Assembly: GCA_028534125.1 (NCBI GenBank)
Contig: CM052818.1
Span: 41,294,001-41,358,000 of the forward strand
Reading direction: 5' to 3'
Source of the DNA: Lama glama
Taxonomy: Eukaryota
Length of the DNA stretch: 64,000 bases
Part shown: in pieces, positions 49,226-61,822 of the stretch
Layout: the number at the start of each line of letters is the position of its first letter
How positions within the stretch are numbered: position 1 is the first letter of the stretch
The notes under the pieces: model-generated
Databases searched by the model: none
Seen by the model: the letters and a program-made list of their open reading frames with translations, nothing else
What the model was told of the DNA's origin: nothing
Translations under genes and position numbers: made by a program

Positions 49226-50959
49226 AAATATAATATGTTCTGGAAATACTAATTCAGGATGTGTAAGTTAAATTTTTCACCTTTAAATTCTCTTAAAAAG
49301 AAAAGTTCAGGTACCTGGAGCATTTCTTAGATGGCGTGTCTCATTCACTTCAAGGACCTATACTTTCTCATTCTTTCCCAGATAAAGTAGTTACAGAGAC
49401 TTGATTTTACAGCTTTACTCTAGAAGACTGTCTGTGCCTCTCATTTTTAAAATATTTATGTTTAGCCTCCGTGCTCAGATCTGTCCCTCAGACATAAGAA
49501 GACTGACTGGCCTGACGTGGTGATTGTCATACCAAAAAAATGGAACATTATGTCCAAACTGCAGTAAACATCAAGAAGAAAATAGATGGACACCATTTTC
49601 TGCATTTAAAGCAAATGCCACATCAAGAAATCTAACAGGCCATCACAAAACTAGCAATCAGAGGGCAGGCACATTTTGTTGGAGATACTGGGTGCTTTTT
49701 ATTGCATTAGATGCAATGAAGCATTTGAAACTGCCAAGTGACAACACAGAAAATACTTGGAAACGTTTTCTTAATCTTTGCCCTACAGCAAATCAGTGAC
49801 TCTGTCCTCCTCTCCTACATTTGATGTGACAAGCAGCACTTTTTGTATAAAAGATAGATGAACAAGTTAATGAGTGCTGTACAGATGCAGTACAGATAGT
49901 CACCTGCCAGCTCTGTGGAGCTAGGGAGAAGTTAAATGGTCGGGATATGAGTCACCCTTTTCACTCAAACCCAAAGAGTGTTGAAATGTAGTGATCGTTT
50001 GTGTCTGATGGCAGAAAGTCCCAGTGGTTCTTCATTGTTACAGGTAGCAACCATAACTTGAATCGACCCGTGAAAAAACTCCCAGGCTCCTTGTGCCTGG
50101 AATTTTTTATCCTGCAAGACATTGCCGCCTGCCGGGGAGCCCGACCTGGGCCTCAGGGACGTACATTCATTGTGCAGGGGCCAGAGTTAGAGCCCATCAG
50201 AAACTTGCCAGTGTGCTTGACGCGGCCAAGCCCCATCTCAGGACTGAATTCTCTTCCTATGTTTCTATGCTCCATTTTAGACAAAATTTCTAAGACATCC
50301 TGGCTCTCTCCCTGACACTACCACCACCCTGCACTTCTAAAATTGTCACTGGTCTGTTACCTGGGGATGCTTTGATTCTCCATACCTGGCCTGGAGCTGG
50401 AAAAGATATAGCACACTATGTAATTAGATTTGCTGTCCTTCCCTAAGGGCTGCAATTCTGTGCCTGTGATTCACTAACTTCCTGTTGAACTCCTCCTCCT
50501 CCCAGCTTGCCATTGAATTGATGTTGTGCTGCAGACTGTTCCAGATGTTCCAATATCTTGTAGGAAGCCAGTGCAGAAAGCAGGGGGAGGGTGGAACAGA
50601 GAACAGGAGTAGCATTGGGCACTGAACATAGAGATCAGATCATGGTTCTGGACAGTAAACACCTCAGATTCCATGTCCAAATGAAAGTATGAAAGGAAGT
50701 GAAATCCTGGGATCAGGAGCTGAGATAAGGCCAAAGCCAAACTGGTGTAGGCTAGGAATAAGCTAAGGGTGCTCTGGGGAACTCGCCAGAACAGCCCTCG
50801 AGTGCCTGACTTTACTGGACAAAGTCATACTTGGGTAAAACATTGGCTTAAAAATACAATGCCCAAAAACCACATACTAAATAAATTCCAATAAGATGAA
50901 GCCAGAATTTTGAGAAGCAGGTTTTGAATAAAAGGATAATAGAGCACAGAAAGTTACTA

Positions 50960-51345
50960 CAGGCATATCTCATTTTATTGAGCTTCACTTTATTGGTTTT
51001 TGCAGATATTGCATTATTGACAAATTGAAGGTTTGTGAAACCCTGTGTAAAGCAAAATCTGTTGGTGCCATTTTTCCACCAGCATTTGTTCATTCTGTGT
51101 CTCTGTGTCACATTAATTCTCACAATATTCCAGACATTTTCATTATTATTATATTTGTTTCAGTGATCTGTGATCAGTGGTCTCTAACACTTCTATTTGT
51201 AATTGTCTAGGGGACACCACAAGCCATGCCCATCTGAGACAGCTAGATGAATGTGTGTGTGTTCTGACTGCTCTAACCACTGCTGTTCCCCTGTTTCTCT
51301 CCCTATTCTTTGGCCTCCCTATTGGTTTATTCCTCAGGCAGATTG
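50960..51345 (+). mobile_element. Tigger1 5' end (TcMar-Tigger)
   Basis: TA|caggcatatctc terminus; 'acaaattgaaggtttgtg', 'tgatctgtgatcagtg', 'tgtgtgtgttctgactgctc' match Tigger1. Confidence 0.92.
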
Positions 51346-52788
51346 GAAATAACTTTTCCACTGACTCAAGGCTATCAAGAATTTTTTAAAAGTAGATCCC
51401 TGGGCTGCCAGTACCTTGAATTAACTTTCCTGGTGTGCAAAGACACATCTAGAGAATGTGAGGGAAATGAGAAGCCCAACCCTGTGTGGAGGGGCTTCGT
51501 AAGTACTTTGTCAAAAGGAGGTGTGGCAACCTTAATTCAGGTGAAGTTTCCAGGCAGGATGTGCAGAGTGTGCCTACGTCTTTAAGATTTCCATTTCCAG
51601 GTTAGAAAACAATTCAAGTCAGTTGTTAAGACTATCAACAGAAAATGGATTTCAGAGACCTGATTTGATTGTAACATATCAGACTCCAGAAACCAATTTA
51701 TGAAAGGGAATTGGTGTGAATAACAAGCTCTAATCTCATAAGCATGTGGATGAGGTGTCCCTTCATCTGACCCTTCTCACTGTTTCATATTAAAGCCTGT
51801 GGAGAAGTGCCTTGGTATGCATTCACGCAGACAGATTTTTACCTTGCTCTGCTAAGAATTATCTTGGATCTTATATAAATCTCTTCTTTATGAGATTTGG
51901 ATCCTTGTAAGCCCTAACTTGATAGTCTGGGCCACCCTAACATAGTGTGGAAAGGGACAACATGTGAACAGAACAACGTTAATGAGTCTCTAGCTTCCTC
52001 ATGTAGAAACACGTGGAAGAATTGAGGCCACAGCTTTGCAGGCACTTTTAGACCTCAGTGGTCTTTTAGGAATAGGACAGTGAGGATGTGCCAAGGCTGT
52101 TCACTGCGCAGGGGTCCTGTGGTTCCAGAAAGGCCAAACATCCTGAAGGTTTTATGCACGGAAGGAAAGAATTGTGAGTTCTCTGTCTCTGCTCTCCCGC
52201 ACTCAGGGTGTGACGGCAGTGGTGAGACCACATTTCACTATGTCAGCAGTGGTTGTGGGAAGAAAACATTTCTCTCCCTTCCTGCAGTTCTATCTGCTGA
52301 CCTTATTTCTAACCTTCTGCTCTCATCCTCCCCTATTTCTAGTTACAAAGACTGCCACCTGGTTCTCGAAGCCGCTGCAACACCTCTGCCTGGCTGGGTT
52401 TTCAACACCTTTCCTGCCGTGTCCGTGGCAGTTCTGAGTGTTTTCTTTCCAGGAACGGTATTTATAGTTCGCATTTCAGCACCACTAATGTCTTCCCACT
52501 GCTAGAGCCTCTCTGTCTAGTGTGAATGAACTGTCTTTTTCACTTTGGGAATGTTTCCTTTGATTCTGAGTATGTGTTTGTAGTGCTAAAACCTCTTAAT
52601 TCTAACTTGTTGGGCAAGGCCCCTCCCTTCTCTACTGTGGGGGAGCCTGAAGCTGTCCTCTGGGAGGAAGAAGTGACCCTGGAACTCATCCTCTTCGTCC
52701 TCCATCTATTGACCTCTCTTCCCATCAACAGGGGATGGGCCGGAAGTGGCTTCTTGATGGTACAGTGATATAACTGATATACCCTCAT

Positions 52789-52925
52789 TGCGTTAGCCAG
52801 GATTTTCCAAAGACACAGAACCAATAGGATACCTATAAGGAGATTTATTATAGGAATTGGCTCATGTGATTTTGGAGGCCAAAATGTCCCATGATCCCCA
52901 AAATTCTGACACCTGCAAGCTGAGA
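52789..52925 (-). mobile_element. MLT2 LTR fragment
   Basis: 'cagaaccaatagga...gatttattataggaattggctcatgtgattttggaggc'. Confidence 0.8.
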
Positions 52926-53839
52926 GGGCTAGAAGTTCTGAAATGCTAGGCTAATGAGAGTAGAATGAACAATATCACTAAAACTGTGCTTTGAGAAAAG
53001 GAGTATGGGAATAGGTGTCAGTTAGAAGAACGAAGCAACAGACAATAGGATTTTGCACAATAAAATCATTCAAGTTTGAATTGCTAAGAGTCAACACAAG
53101 AATAAATGGAAAGAAACTTTTAAACTTATTGGACGGAATTGCCAACAAAACATTCAGTTTTTCTCGCTTATGGGAGTTGTGATGCAACTAACAGGGTTGA
53201 CTCATGAAAAACGAATTGATGTGTTAATTTTTCATGCATCATCAGTGTATTTCTGAAACAATCCTACCACCTGATTTTATCCTGCTTAGGCTAGTGCTAA
53301 AATTTATGTTGCATAATTAGAGAAGGCATGGCTGCCAGGAAATTGGGTGTGACATGAAGACAAACTTCCTGGTGCTAAAAGTTAGAAGGGACAGGAGTGA
53401 AGGTGATTGAAAGGAATCATTACTGGTTCTGCTAAAGTAATGTTGAGTTTAGATTTTCATTTCACCAATTTTTTTATACGTTCCTACAGGCTCCTATGTG
53501 GTACTGACTAACTCCTGAATGAGGTTGAAATTTATATGGGGTGATCCACATTGGTTGCTCCCACACTCTTCTATCCTTCTTAACAAAGACTAAATGAAAT
53601 GAGCATAACCATGTGCCTCTAAGAGAGGTTTCCTAAATGTAAAATGTGGGTGATATTTACTTCTTAAGGCCATGAGGAATCTTAAAAGAAAATAACATGA
53701 AAGTTTTTAGCACAGGGCTGGCATATGGAAAGTACTCAGGAAATACTGATTCTTTTGTTGTTCTATATTTGTCAAATGAAGAGGTTGGATTGAAAGGTGT
53801 CTGAAGTCTTCTTCCTCACATCCTCAGGCTGTGAATTCA

Positions 53840-54010
53840 AAAGCTGTTGTCACTAGTCACATGTGGCTATTCAATTTTCATTTCAAATTATTAAAATTAA
53901 ATACAATGAAAAATTTAGTTGCACTAACTATATCTCATGTGTTCAAAAGCCACTGAACCCAACAGAGAAGATACAGGACATTTTCATCATTGTGTAGTTC
54001 TATTGGGTAC
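53840..54010. mobile_element. MER3/MER33-type hAT-Charlie MITE
   Basis: 'cactagtcacatgtggctattcaattt...attaaaattaaatacaatgaaaaatttagtt'. Confidence 0.75.
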
Positions 54011-54359
54011 CTTTAGGTGAGAGTTTGAGATATTACACTGGGGTTTTTCCCGTAGAAAGTAACTTCAAGTTGTTGAGTCAGATATAAGTTCAAAGAATAA
54101 CAGACATATACCCGAGTCCCAGTTGAGTTGATGCTCCCAATGGACCATTTATTTCTTTGTAAACTCCTGCTTTAGAGCCAAGGCTGATCTCTACCTTAGG
54201 CATATCTGTGAACCTCTGAATTAATTCATGCTTTCCTCAAGTAGTAACTACACGGCATGACAAGTGAAAAGCTTAGAAGGGATTTTGTAATACCGAGTTG
54301 TAGACCCAGTCTTAGCACAACAGCAGTCCCTCTCTGTAGAGAGAAGTGTATCTTAAGGA

Positions 54360-54600
54360 TTGAACTCGCATCATGCACCCCCTACATTTGTCAGGCATGG
54401 TGCTGAAGACATTGACACAGATTACATCATCTAAAAGTCAGAAGTTTTTCAGAGGAGGTATTAGCGTTCCAGTTTTACAGAGAAGGAAACAGAAGATCAG
54501 AAAAGCAGAATCACTCATCTGAATCACAATGCTAGTGGATAGGTAGAATCAGGATCCAAATCCGGGGCTTTCTGTCGAAGCCTGTACTCTTTCCACTGCA
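54360..54600 (-). mobile_element. MIR
   Basis: 'ccagttttacagagaaggaaacagaagatcaga...caggatccaaatccggggctttctg'. Confidence 0.8.
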
Positions 54601-54670
54601 AAAGCTACATGAAAAGCCAGAGTAAGTTAGGTTCTGTGTGACTTGTACAAGCGCTACGTGAGCTCAGCGA

Positions 54671-54720
54671 AGGGAGGCATTCATGCATAGGAGGGCATTC
54701 ATGCAAAGGAGAGCATTCGG
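54671..54720 (+). repeat. Imperfect 18-bp tandem repeat, about 2.7 copies (aggRRRgcattcatgcaW)
   Basis: agggaggcattcatgcat / aggagggcattcatgcaa / aggagagcattcgg. Confidence 0.8.
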
Positions 54721-55191
54721 TTGTGATGGCAGTAGGAAGGGAGGGAAGGAGAGGACACGTCAGGAAACGGTAAGCGCATACAAAGAGCCACTCGATGAGC
54801 AACTTTTCAATATAATGTGACCAAGGGAACTTGTTCTCTCTTCCCTCGTAGGACTCTTCTTGGGTCTCAGGGCTAGTGGGGTCTGGCAGCAGCTGTCTCA
54901 GTCCCTTGACACACCTCGCAGGTCAGGTTGAGGTTTTTTTTTGCTTTAATTTTCATATGCATTATGGGTAATAACATCTTGTGACTGTTGGTCTGCTTCA
55001 TTCTTCATCTCATCCATCCTCGGACATCATCCAGGACATTGTGGGTGGTGTGTCTCTCAGCACTGTGGGCAGGCAGAGAAGAATGAGATGTAGGCACATT
55101 CCCTATTCTTTCAATCCTTAATTAAACCACTGAAACCCCCATGTTTTCTTTAGCAGTTAAGGCCAATGAAGAAGAATCTCTCCTCTAGGGA

Positions 55192-55387
55192 AATACCATC
55201 TAATAGAACTCTCGATGAGGATGGAACTATCTTACACATGTGTCGTTCAATAAAGTAGACACCAGCCGATGTGGCTATTGAGTGCTTAAAATGTGATGAG
55301 TCATTTTCAATAATATTTCATTTTAATTAACCTAAATTATGTAAATAGCCATCCACGGCCAGTGGCTACCATTATTGAACAGTGCAG
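55192..55387. mobile_element. MER3 hAT-Charlie MITE
   Basis: 'tctaatagaactctcgatgaggatggaa', 'atgtggctattgagtgcttaaaatgtg', 'ggccagtggctaccattattgaacagtgcag'. Confidence 0.85.
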
Positions 55388-55529
55388 TTGTAGGCGGTCC
55401 AGATTGCTGATATATTTTGTCTTCTGCAGCTATCTGGAGAGTAACATTAACCCCAAGCAAAGTTTATCTTTTCTTTTGGAAATAGTCCATTGGTTCCCTA
55501 CACCTGGAAAGTTCTGAGGACAAACGTTA

Positions 55530-56290
55530 ATTTCATATTCTGTACTGTCCCTAATTTTGCTGCTTGTAATGACCTTTCCAAAGACAGTGACCTTAATGTT
55601 GTCAAATCCTATGATCACTTCTTTACCCTTAACTTACACAAACTCTCGGAAACATCCTACATTGATATTCCATTCTTACTGAAATCCGTCACTCCCTTGG
55701 CTTTGGGCGCACTGTACTCTTCTGATTCTCCCCCTATGTCCCTGACCTCTCTTTCTTAGTTTTCTCTGACCTCTTCTCTTCTCTCAATTGTAATCCAGAG
55801 GCCTCTTCTCTAACACTCTAACTCACCCAGCACTGAATTATATCTGTATGTCACAATGATCTAATACTTCTATCTCCAGCTCCGACCTCTTCCAGAAAGC
55901 ACAGACTCAGATTGTACATATAAGTCCTCCTTGACATATCCACTTAAATGTCAGATATGCATCTAAAAATGAACATATTTGAAACAGAACTCTTGATTCT
56001 TCCCCAAATGCTACTCCTACCCATTCTAAAACAGTACTTCCATCCTATCTAAGTGAATGGTTCACCATCCTTCCAGTTTCTTAAGCCAAAATCTTGGTGT
56101 GATCCTTGATTACTTACTTTACATAATCCCTCATAAGCAATACATCAGCAAGTCTTCTAGACTTTACATTCAAAACATTTTGCTAATAGAGCCTTTTCTC
56201 TTCATTCCCAATGCTGTCACCCTAATCTGAGCCACACCATTTCTCTTTTCATTTCGCCATTTGGACTACAGAAATAATTTCCTAAGTGTT
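55530..56290 (+). mobile_element. L2 ORF2 fragment
   Basis: 'gtgaccttaatgttgtcaaatcctatgatcacttc', 'ccttgacatatccacttaaatgtc', 'aagccaaaatcttggtgtgatccttga'. Confidence 0.85.
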
Positions 56291-56309
56291 TAGCTGCATC
56301 AGAACATAG

Positions 56310-57030
56310 CTAGAACTTCAGTAATGATGCCTGCGTATGAATTAAAAATTAGACTGATCGGAGGGAGTTCTGGGACCAAGGCTACAGCAAAGACATTTTT
56401 TTTTAAATCTCTGAATATCCACATGAATATTCAATATTTTGCAAAACCAAAACCCATGGACAAAATTTACAACAAAACAGACTGACAGATATCTCCACGA
56501 ATCCCATAAACAAAGCCTGTGAGGACAGCCCACCGACAGTTACGGACCTAAGTAGCATCAGCATTCGAATTGACATCAACCGAGAAGCACAGACAACATC
56601 AGAGAGAAGCAACAAGGTGTCTGAAGGACCTGAGACTAGCGCCTCAAACTAGCCCATAGGTATTTGCTTTAAAATGCTGTGAACCAATTTAAGAACAATA
56701 GCTGAGGCTGAGCGCAGTACCGCCCATTACAGTAGCAGGATTGATAGTAATGCTTGAAGGAGCTGTTGCATTTTGGCTGCTGTGAAAATTTAAGACTAAG
56801 CCACCAGAGCACCCTTCCAGAAGAGAGCCCCACACTGCTGAGAGGATTCAGTGTTGAGCAGGTTAGAAGTAAAGAGAGGGGAAGGTATAAGAATTCTAAA
56901 TAAAGTGCTAGGGAACAAACCCAAGAGGTCTGAGAAAGAAGGCTTCCATATCTTTGAACACTCCATGAAAGCAAGAGAGGAGGGAGCTCTGTGAAGCAAT
57001 ATCCTGAACCCCACCTCTTTCTAAAAGTTG
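56310..57030 (+). mobile_element. Probable old L1/HAL1 5' UTR-type sequence
   Basis: 'aaaacccatggacaaaatttacaacaaaac...ggacctgagact...ccaatttaagaacaatagctgag' resembles old L1M 5'-end consensus as I recall it. Confidence 0.55.
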
Positions 57031-57034
57031 AAGG

Positions 57035-57797
57035 AGAGAATCAAGTATGTATTCTACCTGATTTATATGAACTGTACCAGTAAGTATACAGAAAGCATGT
57101 GAGGCATTTTCTCTTTACAAAAATATTCCAACCAATAACTAAAAAGGAAATGAAAGAAAAAGAATATCAACATTTTGCAATCCCCAGTGGATATAGATGT
57201 TGAGCATCAACATTTGCTGATATCATAGAGTGAAACCCAGACATCCTGTGCCTCCTAATGAGAGAGCATCACACCATCTCTGGTCTTGTCAAAGGACTGA
57301 ACATGAGATAAATCAAGCTTCTGGATCTAGCTGCTAATTTGCAAGAAATACAGAGGACGGAAGATGTTGAGCTGCACCATGAGTATATAATCAGCAAAAT
57401 CTAGACTTTGGGAAATTCTACCAGCCAAATGACCCAGAGTTTTCACAAGATAAAAGGAAATCAAAAGGAGAGAGGGTGAAAACTTTAGCTTAAAATAGAC
57501 TTAAAATACATAACATATTTTTAAACAAGATTAAGCTATAGCGAATGAGGATGAACACTTGGATAATAAGCTATAAGAAGTGATTACAACAATCAAATTA
57601 GTGATAACATTTGGGAGAGGGATTGGGTTATTATCAGGATCAGTTGCAAAGTTTCTGGGTTAGCTGGCAAAGTTCACTTTTGTGACCCGGGTTGTAGTTA
57701 GTGGGTATTTGTAACTTACAATGACTCATTAAGTGACATAGTTTATGATTTTTTTGTGTATATGTATTTTATGTTATAATGAAAAGGCTTTAAAAAT
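57035..57797 (+). mobile_element. L1MC5-like 3' end
   Basis: 'ccagacatcctgtgcctcctaatga', 'atcaagcttctggatctagctgctaatttgcaagaaatacagagga', end 'tattttatgttataatgaaaaggctttaaaaa'. Confidence 0.8.
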
Positions 57798-58489
57798 AGA
57801 CTAATCAATGTTTTAGATTTCTCTGAGAAACTATGAGCTATCTGGGGACTATAGAAAGATTTCCAGAGACATGGTGTGGCAGTTGGATTCTTAGGTATTG
57901 TGAATGTTAGGGAGAACCTTGGAGACCTGAGTGAACAAGTGGCCTCGGGAAGAGCTGAAAGCACTGCTGTGTCTTCATTTACCGTCTCCTCTGGGTCTGG
58001 AGGAGTGAGGATCAGGCTGATATTGTGAGATAAACATTATGAGAAGGATAAGTAAAGCTCTGTCTGAAAAGGACACTGGGTCTAATCACTGTGCTTTTCC
58101 AAACCAAAGTCAGCAGGTCTTCAAAAGGCGGAAGCCTAAAGAGGCTAAAGGAGATGCTGAGTCACTGGGAAATGCTGCTAATTAGTGTGTGGCGCTCTCC
58201 ACCAGGCCCTGCAGAAATGCAAAAGCCAGAGCTGCTGTGAGTGTAATTGTTTCTGTAAGATTCCAAGAGTTAGCTTCTCTCTCCTAAGGCATAAGCAAGT
58301 CACAGAGAAGATGGTTCTCTCAGAGAGTGTAATTGCCCAATACTTCAGTGGTGGGGAGAGGAAAAGGTAGGACGTTGAGTAAACTGACCTTCTCAGAAGA
58401 CATTATCTATGACTAATGCACTAAGACAACCCTGCATGTAATCACTGACCCAGACTCAGTAGTAGCTTTGATCAGTCTCGTGAAATGAC

Positions 58490-59738
58490 GCGACCATCCT
58501 CCAACTCGCCTCAAGTCCACCCACTTATCTCCATCCTGCTAAGTCTCCGTCATCTCTCTTATGGCTGCTGGAAATAACCTCCTAACTGGTCTCCCTCATT
58601 TTGGTGTTACCCCATTAAATCCATTACATTGAGCAGTTTCCTATGTGAAACTTTCCAATGACTTTAGTGATACTGGGGAAAAAAAAATTCAGATGCCACA
58701 CCACAGCTTAAAAGGCCATGAATGCTTTCCTGAACTCATTAACTATGGTTCTTTCCTCTCTCTGCTAACAAAAATTCAGGTACCTTTCCCTCCTTTTGTT
58801 CTAGAATATGGCAGACTCAATCTTGCCTTTCAGCTTTGCACTTGTTTTCTCTGCCTGGAATTGAGTGACTCCTGATTTTTGCGTACCAGGCTCTTTCAAA
58901 TCATTCAGGTCAGTTCAAATTTTACCTCTTCAGAAGGCATTAGATAGCTCAATTTAAAGAATTCTTAACCATATGCCCCAGCAATTCCACCTGTGGGTAT
59001 ATATCTGAAAAAAAAAAACAAACAGAAACACTAATTCAAAAAGATACATGCACCCCACTGTTCATAGCAGCATTGTTTACAATTGCCAAAGTATGGAAGC
59101 AACCTAAGTGTCCATCAACAGATGAATGGATAAATAAGATGTGTATGAAGGATGAAATTTTGCCATTTGCAGTAACATAATTGGACTTGGAGGACATTAT
59201 TCTAAGTGAAATAAATCAGATAGAGAAAGACAAATACTGTATGATATCACTTATATGTGGAATCTAAGAAATACAACAAACTAGTAAATAAAACAAAAAG
59301 GAAGCAGACTCACAGATATGGAGAACAAACTAGTGGTTACCAGTGGGGAGAGGGAAAGAGGGAGGGGCAAAATAGGGTACTGGATTAAAAAAAAACAGAG
59401 TTATTTGGGGTTGTATGAAATCATCTATGTGAAACATTTGAAAGTTGTAAAACACTGTAGAAATGAAAGAATCTTTCATTCAATAAAAAGGTTTAATGAA
59501 GAAGAGTTCTTAGTCTTCTTCTTACATATCATTGCTTTATTTTCATTGTTATAGTTTTGACTATTACTTTCCTTGTTTATTTTGTTTACTTTTTCATTGT
59601 CTTATCTGACTCCACCTTCTAGAAGTTAGCCATCATGCAGATACAATGTTGTTAATCTTGTTCTCCATGTTTCCCCAGCATCTAGCCCTGTGCCTTCCAT
59701 AGTAGATGCTCAACGAAAATTTTCAAATGAATGAATCA
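58490..59738 (+). mobile_element. L2 3' region split by a younger L1
   Basis: 'aataacctcctaactggtctccct', 'gctttgcacttgttttctctgcctggaa', tail 'agtagatgctcaacgaaaattttcaaatgaatgaat'. Confidence 0.8.
58968..59501 (+). mobile_element. 5'-truncated L1 3' end (cetartiodactyl-type) with 11-bp TSD
   Basis: 'aaaagatacatgcacccc...gcaacctaagtgtccatcaacagatgaatggataa'; AATAAA 59482-59487; TSD aagaattctta (58957-58967) / aagagttctta (59502-59512). Confidence 0.92.
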
Positions 59739-61589
59739 AATAGATTAGTCACTGATTTATGAAATTTCACAGCCTGCTTTCTTCCTGGTGCCATTCCTGT
59801 ATTAACAAGTTCCTATATTAATCTGTATAATACTCCATCCTGCTTTTTACAATATATTTGGTTTAAGGGTGAACTAGTTACAATTCCCTGAACACAACAT
59901 TCTAACTTGTGAGTTCTTGCATTTATACATTGTCTTCCATCTCTGAGCTATGTCTTCCATTTATTCCCTTAGTGACCTAAAAAACTTTCTCATCTTTTTA
60001 ACTTTTATCCAGGCCCAAGCTTTGTGATATTGATTAATTCTTTCTTCCCAGTTTATCATCCTACCTCTCTATTACTTTAGAACTTTGTGCATTATCATGA
60101 TCTATTTTAATAAAATTTCACAATAATAAAAAAAAGGTTTCAATTTTACATATGAACTAACCTCGACACTGATAGTATATATGGCAATGTATGTATCTCC
60201 TCCAGTGGAACAGCCCAATAGTGATTATAGGGACTTTATTTCTGTTCTGTACAATTGAACTGAATTTAGCACTAGGAATCTGGGCTTCATGGCTAAAATT
60301 CTAGAGTATTTCAAGTCATAAGTAAACATCTATTGACCTTACTGTTACATTGGCATTTGTATGCATTTGATTTCATTCAGTGCACGTTAATTTTATAGAT
60401 TGAAACCCAAGTTTTTAAGGATCTTGCCATCATGTCTTTATAGTTTTCCTGCGTGTAAAATGTAAAAAGTGGTATGGGGATTTCTGTGTAGCAGTAGCAT
60501 TAATAACAAAATGACTCTGGGGGATCTTACAGAAACTCAGGAGTTATTGCATTTATTTGATGGCTCAGGTGTCATTTAACCTGGATATATCACATTGACC
60601 TTGACATGGGAGTGTTTCATTCAAATTTTGCATCTCCCATCAAATTAATTTCTTCTTGATGAGATGGATAGACTAGGCTATTTTTTCAGTTGCAACATTG
60701 TGAACCATAAATGTATGTATCCTGGAAATAAATGGAAAGAAATGTCATTAGGTGTCCAGCACTTTGCTTCCCACCTCTCTTCCAGTCTCCCCACCATGCA
60801 GCACCCACCCACACATACAACTGAGTAGTCAAGGGCAAGTCACTTCTCCTCTCTTTGCCTCAGTAATCTATCTATGAAGTGGAGATTACAGGTTTCCTGA
60901 AGGTCAATTCTTGCCTGATAAATTGTGTGTGTGTGCGCGAGATCATTGTTCTATAGGGCACGAGGTAACCACAGACACAAAATCTCTATGTCTCTATGAC
61001 TCTCCTTTATTACACTTAATACCTGAATAACTCACTGTAGAGAAATCCATCTTAATAAACCTAAAATTGTTGGCTCTACTTTATGGATCTTCCTTTGGCC
61101 TTTGTGTATGGGCAGGTATAAATTACGACTGAGCTTCAGGACTCAATAAAGACCCTCAACCGATATTACTCATTCAGAACCTCATCTTCAGACCACAAAG
61201 GGGAGCAAAGTCAATACAACTTTCTTTTATCAGGTAATAGTATTAGAAAATGCTGTGTCTTTATTTAAAATGCATTCCTTTGTGATAGGATATCACGTTT
61301 GAATGACCTAAATGCATGTGCTCCTGTTTTAGGTGAGAGAATAGAAACAAAATCATCTTTTTATATGCAGATTTTATAATTTTATTATCACAAATTCATA
61401 GGACATCTGATTGTCAATTATTGTTGCTGTCACAGTTTTGCCACAAATGGAGTCTACAAATCAACTTGGCCAAAACAGAAGTCATTATTCATGAGAGCTG
61501 CCATCAATTTTTAACTATTATGTTGCTAATAACAACATACAGAAAGTCAACCGGCATCAGATAATTATTATTATCTTTTGCAGCCGTTA

Positions 61590-61822
61590 ATACTGGTGTG
61601 TATGGCAGAGGGTTTAGACTGTGGGTGTATAGTTCGTGCTCCCCAAGCTGACTTATTAATAGCTGTGCAAACTTGGGCAATTTACTAAATCTCACTAAGC
61701 TACAATTTCCTCCTCTTTCAAACAAGGTTATTAATAGCACCTACCTTATAGAGTTGTGAGAATTAAATAAGCTTATGATACCAGGCTATTACTGCAATGC
61801 TGAAAATTTGCCAGTTATTCTC
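61590..61822 (+). mobile_element. MIR SINE
   Basis: 'agctgtgcaaacttgggcaatttactaaatctcactaagctacaatttcctc...gagttgtgagaattaaataag'. Confidence 0.85.

Noticed and set aside
52080..52505. Longest real ORF (141 aa)
   Set aside because: GTG start, no recognisable domain, no convincing paired splice sites; this length is expected by chance in 64 kb
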